From the human T2T-CHM13v2.0 reference genome, Homo sapiens: a stretch of DNA of 64,000 bases. This document shows positions 39,921 to 54,399 of this stretch, piece by piece. Positions within the stretch are counted from its first letter, which is position 1, and the number at the start of each line of letters is the position of its first letter. The stretch lies in the NCBI RefSeq assembly GCF_009914755.1, contig NC_060932.1. One strand, 5' to 3'. The notes under the pieces were generated by a model that searched no databases, had not been told where the DNA came from, and saw only the letters and a program-made list of their open reading frames with translations. The position numbers and the translations under genes were made by a program.

Positions 39921-41108
39921 ATACAGGTTTTAGAAAGTATGTTGTTTACTTTGTGAGGAATGAAGAAATTGAGGAATAGACCTAGTTCTTTCCTTACTTC
40001 CAAGATAAAGTATTGTGGACATACCTCTTTCTCATTTTGCTTCTTACCATAACCCTGTTGTCACTCACCATGCATCAGGTGGCACTGTCTGGTGACAAGA
40101 ACCCCATGGGGTTGGAAACTTCTGCATGTGATAAAAGTGGCTGTTGTGCTCGTTGCGTCATCTTTCTTGGCCTGAAGAAAGGTACCTTTCCATTTTCACA
40201 GAAGCTATATCTTTAAAATAAAAAGATCCTAAGTTTTTTCACAAGAAAATTTGAACTCCTTTTAGAACATATTTTATTGTTGTTTGAAGGTTAAGTAAAT
40301 TTGGGTTCTTCTCAAAGAGTATTTTTAAATTAAAATTTTAAAACACCCAAATAAAATTTTAACAAATTACACAAAATATAAATATTTTTGGGGGAGGAGT
40401 AACCATGCATCAAAATATGGAAACTTGAGATTGATCTACTAAGAAAATCACAGAATAAACATACAAAGTTTCTCCATAGTTTTTATATTACAGACACATT
40501 CATGATTTTGTTACTGGCAAAAAGCTATTATATATCCAAGTTGACAATACTGATTGGTTACTCAGCATAGGCGAAGAAAAAATTTTTCTCTACCATAATC
40601 ACAGAGCATTTTAAGCAAGTTTCTTCTATCATAATAGCATACTATACTACGCATTGAATGAGCAGTAAAAGTCTTTTAACAAACAAATATATTGCGGGCT
40701 ACCTAAAACCTCAGACTATATGGCGAGGTGATTTTTCTTCTAAATAGCATATAAGAGTGCTCATTTTAAGTTGCCCAAATTTCCTATCTTTCTGTCTCTG
40801 TCTATCTAACTATCTATACATCTATCTTTCTATCTTCCTGTCACCTATATAGGCATAGGAGAATTATTTTCTTTATTTTGCCCTAGTTTCAATAATTGAG
40901 TTTTGAATTTAAAATAATATTTGCTTTTTTCCTGTTTATTACATAGAAAAGTATGAGAAAAATTAATATTACTCTTAATTCATAATACAGAGATAATCAG
41001 TATTAATATTATACTATATATCCTTTATTTTTTCCCCCCAATGACCACATATGTAAATAGCAAACTTGAGGTCTGACTTTCTTTAGCCAGAAAACCAAAT
41101 TTATTATT

Positions 41109-41464
41109 TGATATGGCTTGGCTGCATTCCCACCCAAATCTCACCTTGAATTGTAATAATCCCCACATGTCAAGGGCAGGGCCAGATGGAGATAATTTAA
41201 TCATAGGAGACATTTCCCCAGTACTGTTCTCATGGTAGTGAATAAGTCTCACGAGATCTGATGGTTTTATAAATGGGAGTTCCCCTGCACAAGCTCTCTT
41301 GCCTGCCACCATGTAAGGCATCCCTTTTCTTCTCCTTTGCCTTCTGCCATGATTGTGAGGCTTCCCCAGCTATGTGGAACTGTGAGTCCATTAAACCTCT
41401 TTTATTTATAAATTACCCAGTTTGGGGTATGTCTTTATTAGCAGTGTGAGAACAGACTAATACA
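41109..41464 (+). mobile_element. THE1 (C-like) solo LTR
   Basis: TGATATGG...CAGACTAATACA; 5-bp TSD TTATT. Confidence 0.95.
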
Positions 41465-42584
41465 TTATTATATATCAGGGTTTCAGATAATGGAGAAGCC
41501 TTGAATAGAGGACAAGAACCCAGGGAGCTCTGGAGGACTAAACAACATGCTCTTCAGCCTTGTTCACATAGCAGATGTCAGCTTATGAATCAGACTCCCA
41601 ACTGTTTCCTCCTCCTTCAGTCACTTTAATTGCAGCCAAAGAATACAATTTTCTGTAAGCCAGAGAGAGAGATGGAATCAGCAATTCTGGCTTCCACAAT
41701 GGGAGGCTACTACTTCTTTCCCTGGACTGTCATGGTGGAGAATTCCCCAGAGGAGTTTGTGATGCTGGAGGAAGTGGGTGGTTGAGTGATAGATAGCTAG
41801 AAACTTACCAGTGACCACTGTGGGCCTCACATTTGCCCATCCAACATCCATACACACCATCTTAATATATTCATACGTTAAAACTTATCTCCACCTAGCA
41901 GAGTGAGACATCTCTCACACAACTAACAGGAAATGATCCAAAGTCGAGTTGGTTCCTACAGGCAGATCTGAATAATCCCAGGATAATTATATGCAAAACT
42001 GCAAAGTTAACTACCCACAAGTTATGTATATTGAAAGACTGAAAAAAGAAGAGAGAAATGATTAATATCAATATAGTCATGACATAAAAAGGAGGGAATA
42101 TAAGAGGAGGGTGTAGTCTCTGCTTCTACAATTTATCACAAGGCTTTTGCTGCTAGTTTTTATGTCCTTTCTTTACTATTCATTCACTGTTCCTCTTGCC
42201 TTCAGTCTTCACCTCCGCTAGTCTATATGGGTTTTTTCACAATGGAGTGACCCAAACATTCATTCCTGAGGTATCTGCATTCATGTGGATTACACTCACG
42301 TAGGACTGCCCATGCCTCCTACTCAATTATGTGTTTAAACCTGGCAGTACAATGAGGCATCCCAGGATTCCCCTGGTTTCTCTTCTCCCTGTGCTCAATG
42401 TGCAATAATCACTGTACCTTTTCCCCCTTTATACTCAGAATTTTACTCAATTGCTGACCCCTCCCATACTTGTTTTTTCAGTGGCATAAGGATCTTAACA
42501 CGGTCAAGTGTCAATGGCAGCTCCATCTTCTTGTTTGGTGGAACTATGCGGTGTCCCTGGTAGAAGTCTCTCTCCATTGGATAT

Positions 42585-43156
42585 TTTGACAGAGTGGGTT
42601 TTCAAAAGTGGTCACATAAATATATCCCCTCCCCCATGCTCATTTTATTTTGTAACTTTGATAGTCCTCTATCAATATGTGGGGGTCTATGTTCCCTTCC
42701 CTTGAATCTTAATGGGCCATGACTCCCAGGGAAGTAACACTGTGTGACTTCTCAGTCTTGGATATGAAAGGCAATACAGCTTCCATCTGGCTTTCTCTCT
42801 TTCTCAAGACATGCTTGGAAGAGGCACATGTCATGCTTGGCTTGATAAAAGAGGCCCAGCTATTCTGAAGCCACCATGCAGGAGTGATCTTGTAGAGAGA
42901 GCGCAGAGCTAGAAATGCTCAAGGAGTTCCAGCTACTCCAGTTCTCAGCTATTTGGGTCTTCCCAGTTGAGAGTTCAGATGTGTGAGTGAGCGGGCTTTC
43001 AGATGATTTCAGCGCTTAGCCTTTGGGCCTCTTCAGCTGTTGCTATTCCTGAGAAGCCCAGTCTAAACAGCACATTCATGAGAAAAGTAAATGTTCTTGA
43101 TTTGTAAAGCCAATATATACTGGGGAAGGATTTATATGGAGAAATAGATAACCCAA
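42585..43156 (+). mobile_element. MLT1H/G-like LTR inserted in the ERVL internal
   Basis: GGGTCTATGTTCCCTTCCCTTGAATCT...GTGTGACTTC...AATAGATAACC. Confidence 0.75.
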
Positions 43157-45170
43157 GTAGATATTATAATCGCTAAACCAGCAGAGCCCAGAGTTTCTGG
43201 GATGGAAGGCAAACATTTTGTGAAAGCGTGATTAGATGCAATTGTTAGTGGTACAACCTCCACTTCCACTCCTTGGCTCCTGAACCTGGATATTCTAGAT
43301 ATGGGAGAAAGCATTATATTACCATATTATGTTCACTGGTTCAGATAATTTTCTATACCCTGTGAGAGAGAACCAAACATTTAAAACTAGAGCTAGCATT
43401 GTGACTAAGAACTTGATAGATCATTACAGGGTTGTACAAAGCCAGCTACTTCTGGAGAATGAAGGTGCATATGAATTCCACATGTGTTAGTTCATGCCAT
43501 ATTTCTATCATTGTAAAGTGAAGTTCTTAGAAGCAATGCTGTGGCCAGTACTGTACTTCTGTATCAGATACTTGTTATTCTGCAGATGCTGGTGTTGGCT
43601 CTGTTGTGAGAGGTGTGGAGAACAAATCTAAACCCAGAATAAGTGTTTATTCCATTTATTGCCAGTGACTCCCTATTTCATGGTGGAAAGAGTCCAATGT
43701 AAACAATTGCCAAGCAGCTGCTTAGTTACCTTGAAGCACAAGATCTTATCAAGAGTTCAAGGTTAGTCACTACTTCTGGTAAGCTGTATATTTGGCAGAG
43801 GCTCTGGTCAGATAAGCAAGATATGGATCCATTTATGTCCTCTGTTCTTCTGCCCATGGCCACTGCTTTCATGAGTCTGTTGAATAAACAGGTGAGGTGG
43901 GGAGGAATATTGAAGAAGAAATTAATAGAAATAATAGTTTTGTCCACTTGATTCATGAAAGCCTTCTATATAGTAGTGGTCTTTTGGCAGGCATTCATAT
44001 GAGACACAAATATTCTCACACTCTCACACCTTGGGCCCATTCTGAGAGGTCTAATCACGTGCTCCTTCCCCAAGCCACTTTGTCATCATTCCTCTCTTCT
44101 TGCTTTTTCCAAGCCCTTGACCCTCTGGTCAAATGTTTTCCATTTCTCATAATTTAATGTAGACATTAACAATTCATCTCTTCTAGAAAAAGTGGACATT
44201 GAGGTATGCTGTTCAAAGTTCTGCTCAGTGAAAGTGTTTCACTTCATCATTGTCCTCTAAGCCCACCCTGAGAGGCCCGTAACACTGCACAGGTCTCCTC
44301 TGGCCTGTATCAGTATAGGAGGCAGACCTAACTGTAAATTAAATTTAAGTTTCTTCAGGTGAAAGCAAAATGTTTAGAAATGTTTATATTTAGTGCAAAA
44401 GAGAAGCTAATATTTTCAGGATAAATAGCTATATGCCAAGCACTAGAGTTTGTGTAGATTACTTTAATGAGATAAAATCTGAAATAGCAGCTTTCATTTG
44501 TGTCATCATCTGATTAAGTTTAGGACAATTCACTGTCGTTCTCAAAAACCCATTTATCTTTGGTGTACTGCACTGGAAAATTAAATGGAAATGAGATAAA
44601 TTACCACCCTGGTATTATTGAAGTTTTATTGATGTCCCTATCCCTGTGATTTTTCTGGGAATGTGAGAGTTTTTGATGTGCTTTTAGTGGGAATGAGAAT
44701 TCCAAGGGCTTCCACTTGACCTTTTCTACCACAATACCTATTGATGAAGGAGTCAATGTGGGAATTCTGACAACTTTTACAGATATCCTTTCAAAATATA
44801 TTACACAATGGGGTTTAACTGCAGAGTTCTTCCCAAAGAGTACCCAGTCTCCTCTTTATTCAAGGGCCTCTTTGTTTAAGAATTAATTAAACCCTAAGGA
44901 TTGAATGAGGACTACAATTCTCTATTGTGGTTGCTGTAGACTGAATTCTGCTCACCAGATCTGTTTTTTTTTTTTCTATACAAATAAAGCAGGACCTTAT
45001 TGGGCTGCTTATCTCTGTTGGGTCCAGAAAATCCCTGTTTTGTGATGGATATTACTGTGCTCAGACCATGTGATTACCATGTGGCTACCTGGTTCTTATC
45101 AGGATAACCATGCCCACTTTGCTTTTACTTAAATGCTGCTACTTGACTTTTGATAGCCTAAAGTCCTTGA

Positions 45171-45481
45171 ATTTATTTATTTATTGTTTTTTATTTTTGA
45201 GACAGTGTCTCACTTTGTTGCCCAGGCTGGAATGCAGTGGCATGATCATGGCTCACTGTAGCCTCGACCCCCCGGGCTCAAGCAGTCTTCCCCCCTCAGC
45301 TTCCTGAGCAGCTGGGACTACAGATGTGCACCACCATGCCTGGCTATTTAATTTATTTATTTATTAGAGATAGGGTTGTGCTACGTTGCCCAGCTGGTCT
45401 CAAACTCTTGGGCTCAAGCGATCCTCTCATCTCAGTCTCCCAAAGTGCTAGGATTACAGATGTGAACCACTGCACCCGGCT
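45171..45481 (-). mobile_element. AluJ
   Basis: GGGCTCAAGC in both arms. Confidence 0.93.
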
Positions 45482-46509
45482 TTCTATACTCTTCATGTCA
45501 GCAGGAATGCAGCCACCTAAAGCCTTACCCTAAAAAGAACTTGATTTGGGGGGACCATAGGTGACAATTTAATTAGTTTTGTAGCTACTTTGTAAAGTCC
45601 TGCATTCCCACCTGGGGTTATTATTGAGAATTTCATTGCTTTCTGCTTTACCTTAGACAGGTGACTAGATTCAAATTCTCCATATTCCCTTTGGAGCCTG
45701 TTACCTACACCTCACTTTTTGGAAATAATTTCTGTATCAGGTAGGATTTTTGGATGCAATTAGCAAAAATAATCTCTTAGCAAAAAGAGGGATATATTAA
45801 AATGTTATTGGAACTTGCAAAATTGATGGGGGCTAGACCATAGGCTTAAAGGGCATGCTGGGATCAGGAAGTTCAGAGGGCTGGGCAGGAGAGGTGACAA
45901 TATTTTAAGACAGGGGCAGGGCGGCCAGACCACTGTGGTTCACAGTGTGAGAAGTAGGTCTACTCTTAGAAGTGATTATTCTTAGCTTGTATTTACTTCT
46001 TTTGATCCTGGCAGACTTCTAAACACAAACAGACTTCTCAGCAAACAAACTTAAATGTACACATATCCTTCAAAATATTTGAAGAGTTTAGTTTAATTAA
46101 AAGTCGTTTCCACTACCTCTAAAAACAGTTTTTATATTCAAAATATCCATCCTACTAGACAAACACACAAGAGAGGAAAGACATTAAAAATTTTCCCATT
46201 TCCAAGCATGAATGTCTTTGGGCCATTTATCAAAGTTCCCAAAGAAAGAATTGCATGTAATTGAGACAATAAATACATAGACATATGATAAAACAATCAA
46301 CCTGAACATTCATGGTTCAACGTATCCTAGAATACCCAAGGGACAACATCTTGGTTCAGAATTAGATAAATTAATTAGGACAAATGTTCTTATTAATTCA
46401 GAAACAAAATGGTTTATTTGAAGATTTAAAATCAGACAAACACTTTTGGAAAAACATCTATGAGCTGACTGAACTCGGCATCCAATGAAGAGAATAAATA
46501 TTTGAATTA

Positions 46510-46834
<325 letters not shown>

Positions 46835-47175
46835 TGGGAATTCAGATTGTGGCAATTAAATGGAGGATGGTATGAAGTACAAAGAAGCAAAGAGACTGAA
46901 AATCATAGATGCTACTTATCTTATGGGAAAAAAATAAACAAAAACCCTAAACAAACAAACATGCAAGAACAATAGGCTTCATTTTCTTTCTCTATTTTTG
47001 AAACCATGGAAAAAATATAGCCTAGTGGTTGATAATTTCACGTGGTGTGATGTTCCATGTAAACCCTCAGAGGGCTTCCAATTGCAAAAAGAGATTATCC
47101 ACAAGCAGAGAAAATGGTGAAGAAAACTTAATTGGCTGAATTGTAAAGATCCCTCTCTCAAAAAGGAAAGCCTTA

Positions 47176-47537
47176 GGCCAGGTGCAGTGGCTCGCATCTG
47201 TAATCCTAGCATTTGGGAGGCAGAGGGAGGAGGATGGCTTGAAGCTAGGAGTTTGAGATCAGCCCGGGCAACATAGAGACTGTGTCTCTAAAAAAAAAAA
47301 ATAATAATAATAATAATAAGCCGGATGTGGTGACAGGTGCATGCAGTCCCAGCTACATGGAAGGCTGATGCAGGGGGATAGCTCAAGCCCAGGGATTTGA
47401 AGCTGCAGTGAGTTATGTTAACACCACTGTGATCATAGTTGTTGCCCAGGGTAGAGGTTTAAGCTGTCTTAAACCTCAGCTTCCTCTAACCTGGGCTACA
47501 GAATGAGACACTGTCTTAAAAAAAAAAAAAAAAAAAA
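47176..47537 (+). mobile_element. AluJ with a ~55-bp non-consensus fold-back insertion
   Basis: Alu with extra sequence at ~47430-47483; TSD ~AGCCTT. Confidence 0.9.
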
Positions 47538-48260
47538 GACAGCCTTGTAAACTGTAGTTAGGGCAGACAATTACTGAGTGATTGCTTCAGTTCACCATAA
47601 GGGAAGCAAAAATGTGTGATTTTGATTGGTCTAAGAAAGAAAGAATTCTGTGCCTGTCTCTGTCTCTTTCACTTTGCTTAGGTAACATTTATTTGTCCTC
47701 ACAGCCTCATGGAGGGGAGACCACCTGTTTCTTGCTCCCAGCGGGTGGTCATGTCGACAAGGCTGTTGGTCCTGGTGATGGCGGTGATGCTGCCCAGAGT
47801 GGTGGTCGGGTAGTGCTGGAAGGATTTGAAAACCCAAAGATTATCTTCACATGCTTGTAGAACAGATTTGAGGCCAGTGTAGCCAGAGAGAAAGAAGTGG
47901 TTCCCACAAAACAATTCAGATTGTGCTCCATAGCCCTGAAAAGTCTTCCTCAGATTTACCCTCTATCAAAAGCAGAAGCTGAATTTGAAAATATCTGTTT
48001 CATTCTTTATGTATGTTTCTGTGCTAACTATATAATTTACTGGAGGTGAATTATTTTATTTTGGAACGCATTTTTTCTTTCTTTCTTGTTTTGAATGAAA
48101 CAAAATGTCATTTCTCAAACTGCCATGTTTTTCCTTTGGGATTTTTAGATTCCACGCTTACTTGCTGTGGACACTAGGGGTCAGCAAAGAATAGATGTGT
48201 TTTCCATTAGCGCTCAAACTTAAGCTGCTGCTGTCTTACGCTGCGTAAAGATTCAAAAAA

Positions 48261-48625
<365 letters not shown>

Positions 48626-50151
48626 TCATTATTATTGCTTTAACCTACATTCACTATTTGTTCACAATGAAACATCTTTCCTAAAAGCTTAAAAATTAAG
48701 GTTTTAAATAGCATACTTTTAATACTTATTCCAAAGATTTTCCTGATAATATCACACAATACAAATAATCATTTGAGGAAAGTTTAAATATAACATTCAC
48801 AATCAAATGAATGATAATTAGTAATCTGCATTCTTTTAGCCTAAATAGGCAATGCACCTTTTCTTATGCTTACTGTCCCAGTTCCTTTCTCTTCCCTTCC
48901 TCTTTTTTCATATTACTTAATAATAAAAATTATAAGTACAAGAATAGCAATGATGACTTCCTACAGTCTCAGAAAACTCTTGAAAATCAAATAAAAATAA
49001 ATTATAACAAGGTAGAATTAACAAAATTCTTGCTGGATTTTAGTATCCAGGTTGTGACACACTTATAAGGATGTATTTTATGAATTGCACTTTAATAAGT
49101 TCGGCTTCCTTACTTATTCCAGTGTGCCATATGTACAACCACACACACACATACAGGAATAAATAAACACTGTGTTAAATTTTTCATTGTTCCATTGCTA
49201 GCCAAGGTGAGTTAATCCACTGCCAGTTAAATTAACTACTTGGAAATAGCAGCAGGAAGAATATTAAAAGGAAGTAAAAGCACAAAGAAGAACAACTTTT
49301 AAACAATGAAACTAAAGTTGAAACTATTCCAAAGAACATATGGGGAGGTTTCATATTCCTGTGACCCCCTATAACCAATGAGGTTAACATGGGTCAAGTT
49401 CAGATGAAAAGAGTTTCTCTGCAGATAAAATGTACTTCTTACCTTATATGAAAATAACTTCCAGACTGAATAAAAAAATAAAAGCATCTTTTTCCCTTTA
49501 AAAAGTATGTATATTTTTTCTTCATTCAATTTTATTAGTTCATACATTTCTAGAGAGCAATCACTAAGTTGTTTTCTGTTTTGTCTAACATGACACTCCA
49601 AGCGTATGGATCCTTAAGAAGACTGCACTCCTCTAAAAGAGAGGATTAATAAAGGAAATATTCTTGAATTTCCAATTATATCTGTTGCCCAGTGTAGTCA
49701 ATCATTTTCAAATTCCAGGGTCTTTACCTGAAGAATCATTTGATAAAGAAGTGTCAAGTCACAGTGTGGAGGGAAGATGTCCTAATGAGGTTCCTGGCGT
49801 TGAGACACTCTGAGCCCAGGAGAGTTCTCCCTGTCAGTCATCTCCAGCTTGCTCTGACCCGGCATTTTGTGGACTGCAGCCCAGCTCACCCTTTGTGGAG
49901 AGTCTGTAAGCTCTCCCTGCCAGACAGCTCAGATCAATTGACCTTTAATAGTTTTTATTGTTTACGCTGCCCTTTAAAGTATCCATCATCTTTTTTTTAA
50001 ACCTCTAGTCTAAAGATCTTTCCAGACCTAGACAAATAGAATGCTTCTTTGTCTAGGAAAATGAAGATTCTTCTCAGGGTTTAGAGGTGGGGATAAAAGT
50101 CCTGGGGTGGAGAAGATCCTGGGGCTACGAACAGGGCACACATTTGTTCCT

Positions 50152-50455
50152 CTTTCTTTTTTCTTTCTTTCCCTTTTTTTTTTTTTGAGACAGGGTTTCA
50201 CTTTGTCACCCAGGCTGGAGTGCAGCGGTGTGATTTTGGCTCACTCCAACCTCTACCTCCCTAGCTCAAGCAATCCTCCCACTTCAGCCTCCCGAATTAG
50301 CAGGCCACCATGCCTGGCTAATTTTGTTTATTTTGTTGTAGAGATAAAGTCTCACTATATTACCCAGGCTGGTTTTGAACTCCTGGGCTCAAGCAATCCT
50401 CCCACCTCGGCCTCCCACGTTTTGAAATTACAGGTGTGAGCCACTGCACCCAGCC
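50152..50455 (-). mobile_element. AluJ
   Basis: GCTCAAGCAATCCTCCCAC in both arms. Confidence 0.93.
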
Positions 50456-50582
50456 TTCCACCCTCTTTCTGATGCTGCTGATAGGGAAGAAAAAACTCTC
50501 CATATTTTTGCTTTGGGACACACCTCTGTCTTTATTTTTTATCCTAATGGCAAGCTCATAATTCTAAACTGAAGGAAAAAGA

Positions 50583-50628
50583 TGTGTGTGTGTGTGTGTG
50601 TGTGCATGTGTGTGTGTGTGTGTACATG
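50583..50628. repeat. (TG)n microsatellite
   Basis: Seen directly. Confidence 0.9.
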
Positions 50629-50949
50629 CCTGCCAAGAACACATTTTTTAGCACATTCTCCAACCATACTCATCCCCCCTCAATATGATAACAAGTGAGG
50701 AGCTTTTCTTTTACTCTTGTCCCTCAGCAGTTCCTTTACCATGACCTCTGAGTCTTGAGGGTCATGCTCTTCTCTCTAAATCCCTGGGGGCCTATGGCCA
50801 CTGAGCTGCAGTAAAGAAGAACTCCAGCTTACAGGGAGGCAGAAATCAGAACAAAGTGCTACTTAGAATTTTTCTTCATTGCACCTTCCATAGTTAATCT
50901 TTAGGAACCTAAAACACATCAAGTGGTAATGTTCACCTCAGTGCTTTCT

Positions 50950-51082
50950 TTATTTTATTTTAGTTTTTAAATTTTTGAGACAGATCTCACTCTGTCCCCC
51001 AGGCTGGGGTGCAGTGTCACAATCTCGGCTCACTGCAACCTCAAAGTGCTGGGATTACAGGCGTGAGCCATTGTGCCCTGCC
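50950..51082 (-). mobile_element. Alu with a large central deletion (both termini kept)
   Basis: GCAACCT joined to CAAAGTGCTGGG; TSD AGTGCT(T/G)TCTT. Confidence 0.9.
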
Positions 51083-51162
51083 AGTGCTGTCTTTAATATA
51101 AGTAAATATATGACAAGGGGGAATAGCAAGTATCATAAATTCTGGTCTCATTTCTGGTCTTA

Positions 51163-51484
<322 letters not shown>

Positions 51485-51495
51485 GAATGAACTAA

Positions 51496-51629
51496 CCCTT
51501 CCTTCCTCCCTCCTTCCCTTCTTCCCTCCTTCCCTCCTTTCCTTCCTCTTTCCCTCCTTCCTTCCCTCCCTCCCTCCTTTCCTTCCTTCCTTCCTTCCTT
51601 CCTTCCTTCCTTCTTTTTCTTTCTTTCTT

Positions 51630-51663
<34 letters not shown>

Positions 51664-51734
51664 TCTTTCTTCCTTTCTTCCTTCCTTTCTTTCTTTCTTT
51701 TCCTTCCTTCCTTCCTTCCTTCCTTCCTTCCTTC

Positions 51735-51804
<70 letters not shown>

Positions 51805-51821
51805 CTTTCTTTCTTCTTCTT
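51496..51821. repeat. ~326-bp polypyrimidine compound microsatellite (CCTT/CTTT/CT)
   Basis: No purines seen on the + strand across the interval. Confidence 0.95.
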
Positions 51822-52457
51822 GATGTCTTTGCAAAGTACACCTAATAGCACTCAGTGCATAGGTCTGAGTGTCCCAGTGTATGAATGTCTAACACATTAT
51901 ATCTTCTACTCATTTCATTCTGAGGGCATCCTTCATTGAAAATCTCTTTCCTCCTGTCCACTCTCCCAAATTCCCTTCTCCATTGAGCACATTTTTCATT
52001 CTGCCCCTTAGCTTAATCCTCCCTCCCCCAATTACTCCCTTTGTAAGTTCTTAGAGACCCCGAAGTTATCTTTGATGCTTGTTTCACTGGCCCGTCAAGT
52101 GTGGGGGCTGCACATAATAAACACTCCCCAGTCAGTTAGGCACCTTCAATTAAAACCTCATCTTTTATGCTAGCCAGTCCCACTTCAATAGCATCTCTTA
52201 AACAACAATCACATATCACACGTTCCAGGGCTTTCTAAAACAGGTAACAGATGCTGCTAAGATCTGGCAGGCTCCCAGAGTGTAGCTGTCAGTGGCCAAA
52301 ACTTAGTTGCAAAGGTCCCGATACTCTTGGGTTCAACAATAATTTCCCTCCCGATGCTTAGATTTTAGAAAACAAATCCCCTCTGTTCTAAAGCTTTAGG
52401 TTTCTTTCCTCTCTACTATGAGGTAAAAATATGGTGGAGGTAAGCAGGCTTGGCTAT

Positions 52458-52923
52458 TGTAGTGGGTTGAGTGGTGGTCCCTAGAAAGATATATCTAAGC
52501 CCTAACCTGCTGTGTCTATGAATGTGATCTTATTTGGAAATAGGATCTTTGAAGATGTAATTAGGTTAAGAATCTCAAGATGAGATTATCTTGGATTCAG
52601 GGTGGACCGTAAATCCAATGGCATGTATCATTATAAGAAGAGGAGCAGAAAGAAAGACACACAGGAGAGGCCATGTGAAGTCAGGGGCAGAGATTGGAGT
52701 GAGGAGTCTATAAGTCACGCTATTCAAAGGCTCACCAACAACTACCAGAAGAAGCTAGGAGAGTATGGAGGAGATCCTCCCTTAGAGCTTCCAGAATGAA
52801 CCAAACCTGCTGACATCTGATTTTTGAGTTTTGGCCTGCAGAACTATGAGAGAGTCAATTTCTGTCATTTTAAGCCACTTAGTTTGTGATAATTTGTTGT
52901 GGCAGCCCTAGAAAACTAATAAA
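52458..52923 (+). mobile_element. MLT1C-like solo LTR
   Basis: TGTAGTGGGTTGA...TTATTTGGAAATAGG...GCAGCCCTAGAAAACTAAT; TSD GCTAT. Confidence 0.9.
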
Positions 52924-54399
52924 GCTATTGTAATTTGATTAATGAAGAGATTTTCCTTCTTTTGTACCAGCTATGACCCTGACAATGGATATAGTTGTTT
53001 CTGCAGCCCAGAGTACTAAGATTGCCATGCATTACCAATGTCCTTTCCATGTCCAGTCTGGATGGGAAGGATTGCTATTCTCTGGGACCACTCTTCCTGA
53101 GACAGTGGTGTGACTCTTAGTGGCACACATGTAACCAAATTCATCAGTTAAATTTGGACATGGCAAATTTTACAAGCTGATCCGTACTGTTATTTGTGTG
53201 CACATTTTATTGGTGTAAATTGATTTTAGCTCTTTGAACAACAATATTATATATTTTGTCCTCTCCTGCCCTGCTCATAGGCCCTGATGTGGTATCTTTC
53301 AGAGAGCCAGTGCTCAGTGGGGTGTGAGATGCCAAATGACCAGACTCTCCAGGGTTCAGCAGCGTGACTATAAAGAGAAGAATGCTTTCAAAGAATTCAA
53401 AAAGGCAGGGATAGAAAAGTGAGCAAAGAGGTTAAATTTACATCACATGTTAAATCCCCTAGTGATCCTTTTGGGAAGCTGGAATCGAAGATGAAGGTGA
53501 GTTGTAAAGATGAGCATTGTCACTTCTGCTTTGTTGCCCCTCCCTCTGCTTCCTCAGTTTCTCTGACTTGTCTTCAGTTATGATCTCAGGCCTGGCTCCA
53601 TTTCTTAGCTAATCCTGAGACCCATCTCTTTTATCCCATTTTCCTGTCCTTGTACCTCACTCCTTCCTCCTTCAAAATCCTTACCTCCAAATTAAGTTGA
53701 GATCTAAAGCCTGATTGAGGAGTAGTATTTTCCAGAACATGGGCTTGTTCTCTCTGCAACAGTCACATAAGTGGGTGCATCAGCGTTCACTTATGTAGGC
53801 CCAATCTCAGCCCCTACCCCATTCTCCCAATGATCCTCATTTAGAGAAGTGGCACTGCACAGGCCCCTGGCTGGTTTTGTTTAGAGGCTCATCCTGAGCT
53901 CTCGTGTACTCATTTACCACCTCAGTTCCTTGTTCAGCCCTTCAGTGGCCCTCACTTCATCCTGTTTCTATGCTCCAACCAGACTTGGATACCTAGAATC
54001 TAGAGCAATAACACCTGTTCACCTGGGTCCCTGTCTACTGGTAGCTACTTGGTTGGAAGTCCTAAAGCTGACAAACTCTAGAAATGGAACTGGGAATCCT
54101 GGGGCCCTTCGGACACCTAGGGACTTGAACTTGTCTGCACCAGGGCCAGCTTTTAAGGCCAAATTAGCTCTCTTCAGATCATCTCCAACTCCATAAATGG
54201 AAGATCTGTGGAAGCCTGGGTTCCTCTTCTCTATGACAACACTGTATTTTTGGGCACCTTTCTTATATGTTGTCACAGCATTCCCAAGTTATAATAAGCA
54301 TTTAAATATTGAAAAGGGTAAAACAGAATGATAAGACAAAGATAAAAAGTGGTTCAGGTACTGATTTATTGGGCTGTGGAACTAAGCAGGTTGTGCTTA

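Larger units (their letters stand above)
41040..45960 (-). mobile_element. Old ERVL/MaLR provirus remnant (MLT1-type LTR pieces plus internal gag/pol relic)
   Basis: LTR-like ends at ~41040-41850 and 45733-45960. Peptide SPISRISRFRSQGVEVEVVPLTI (43132-43314) resembles the ERVL integrase C-terminus. The PBS-side junction is AATTTC|TGTATCAG. Confidence 0.6.
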
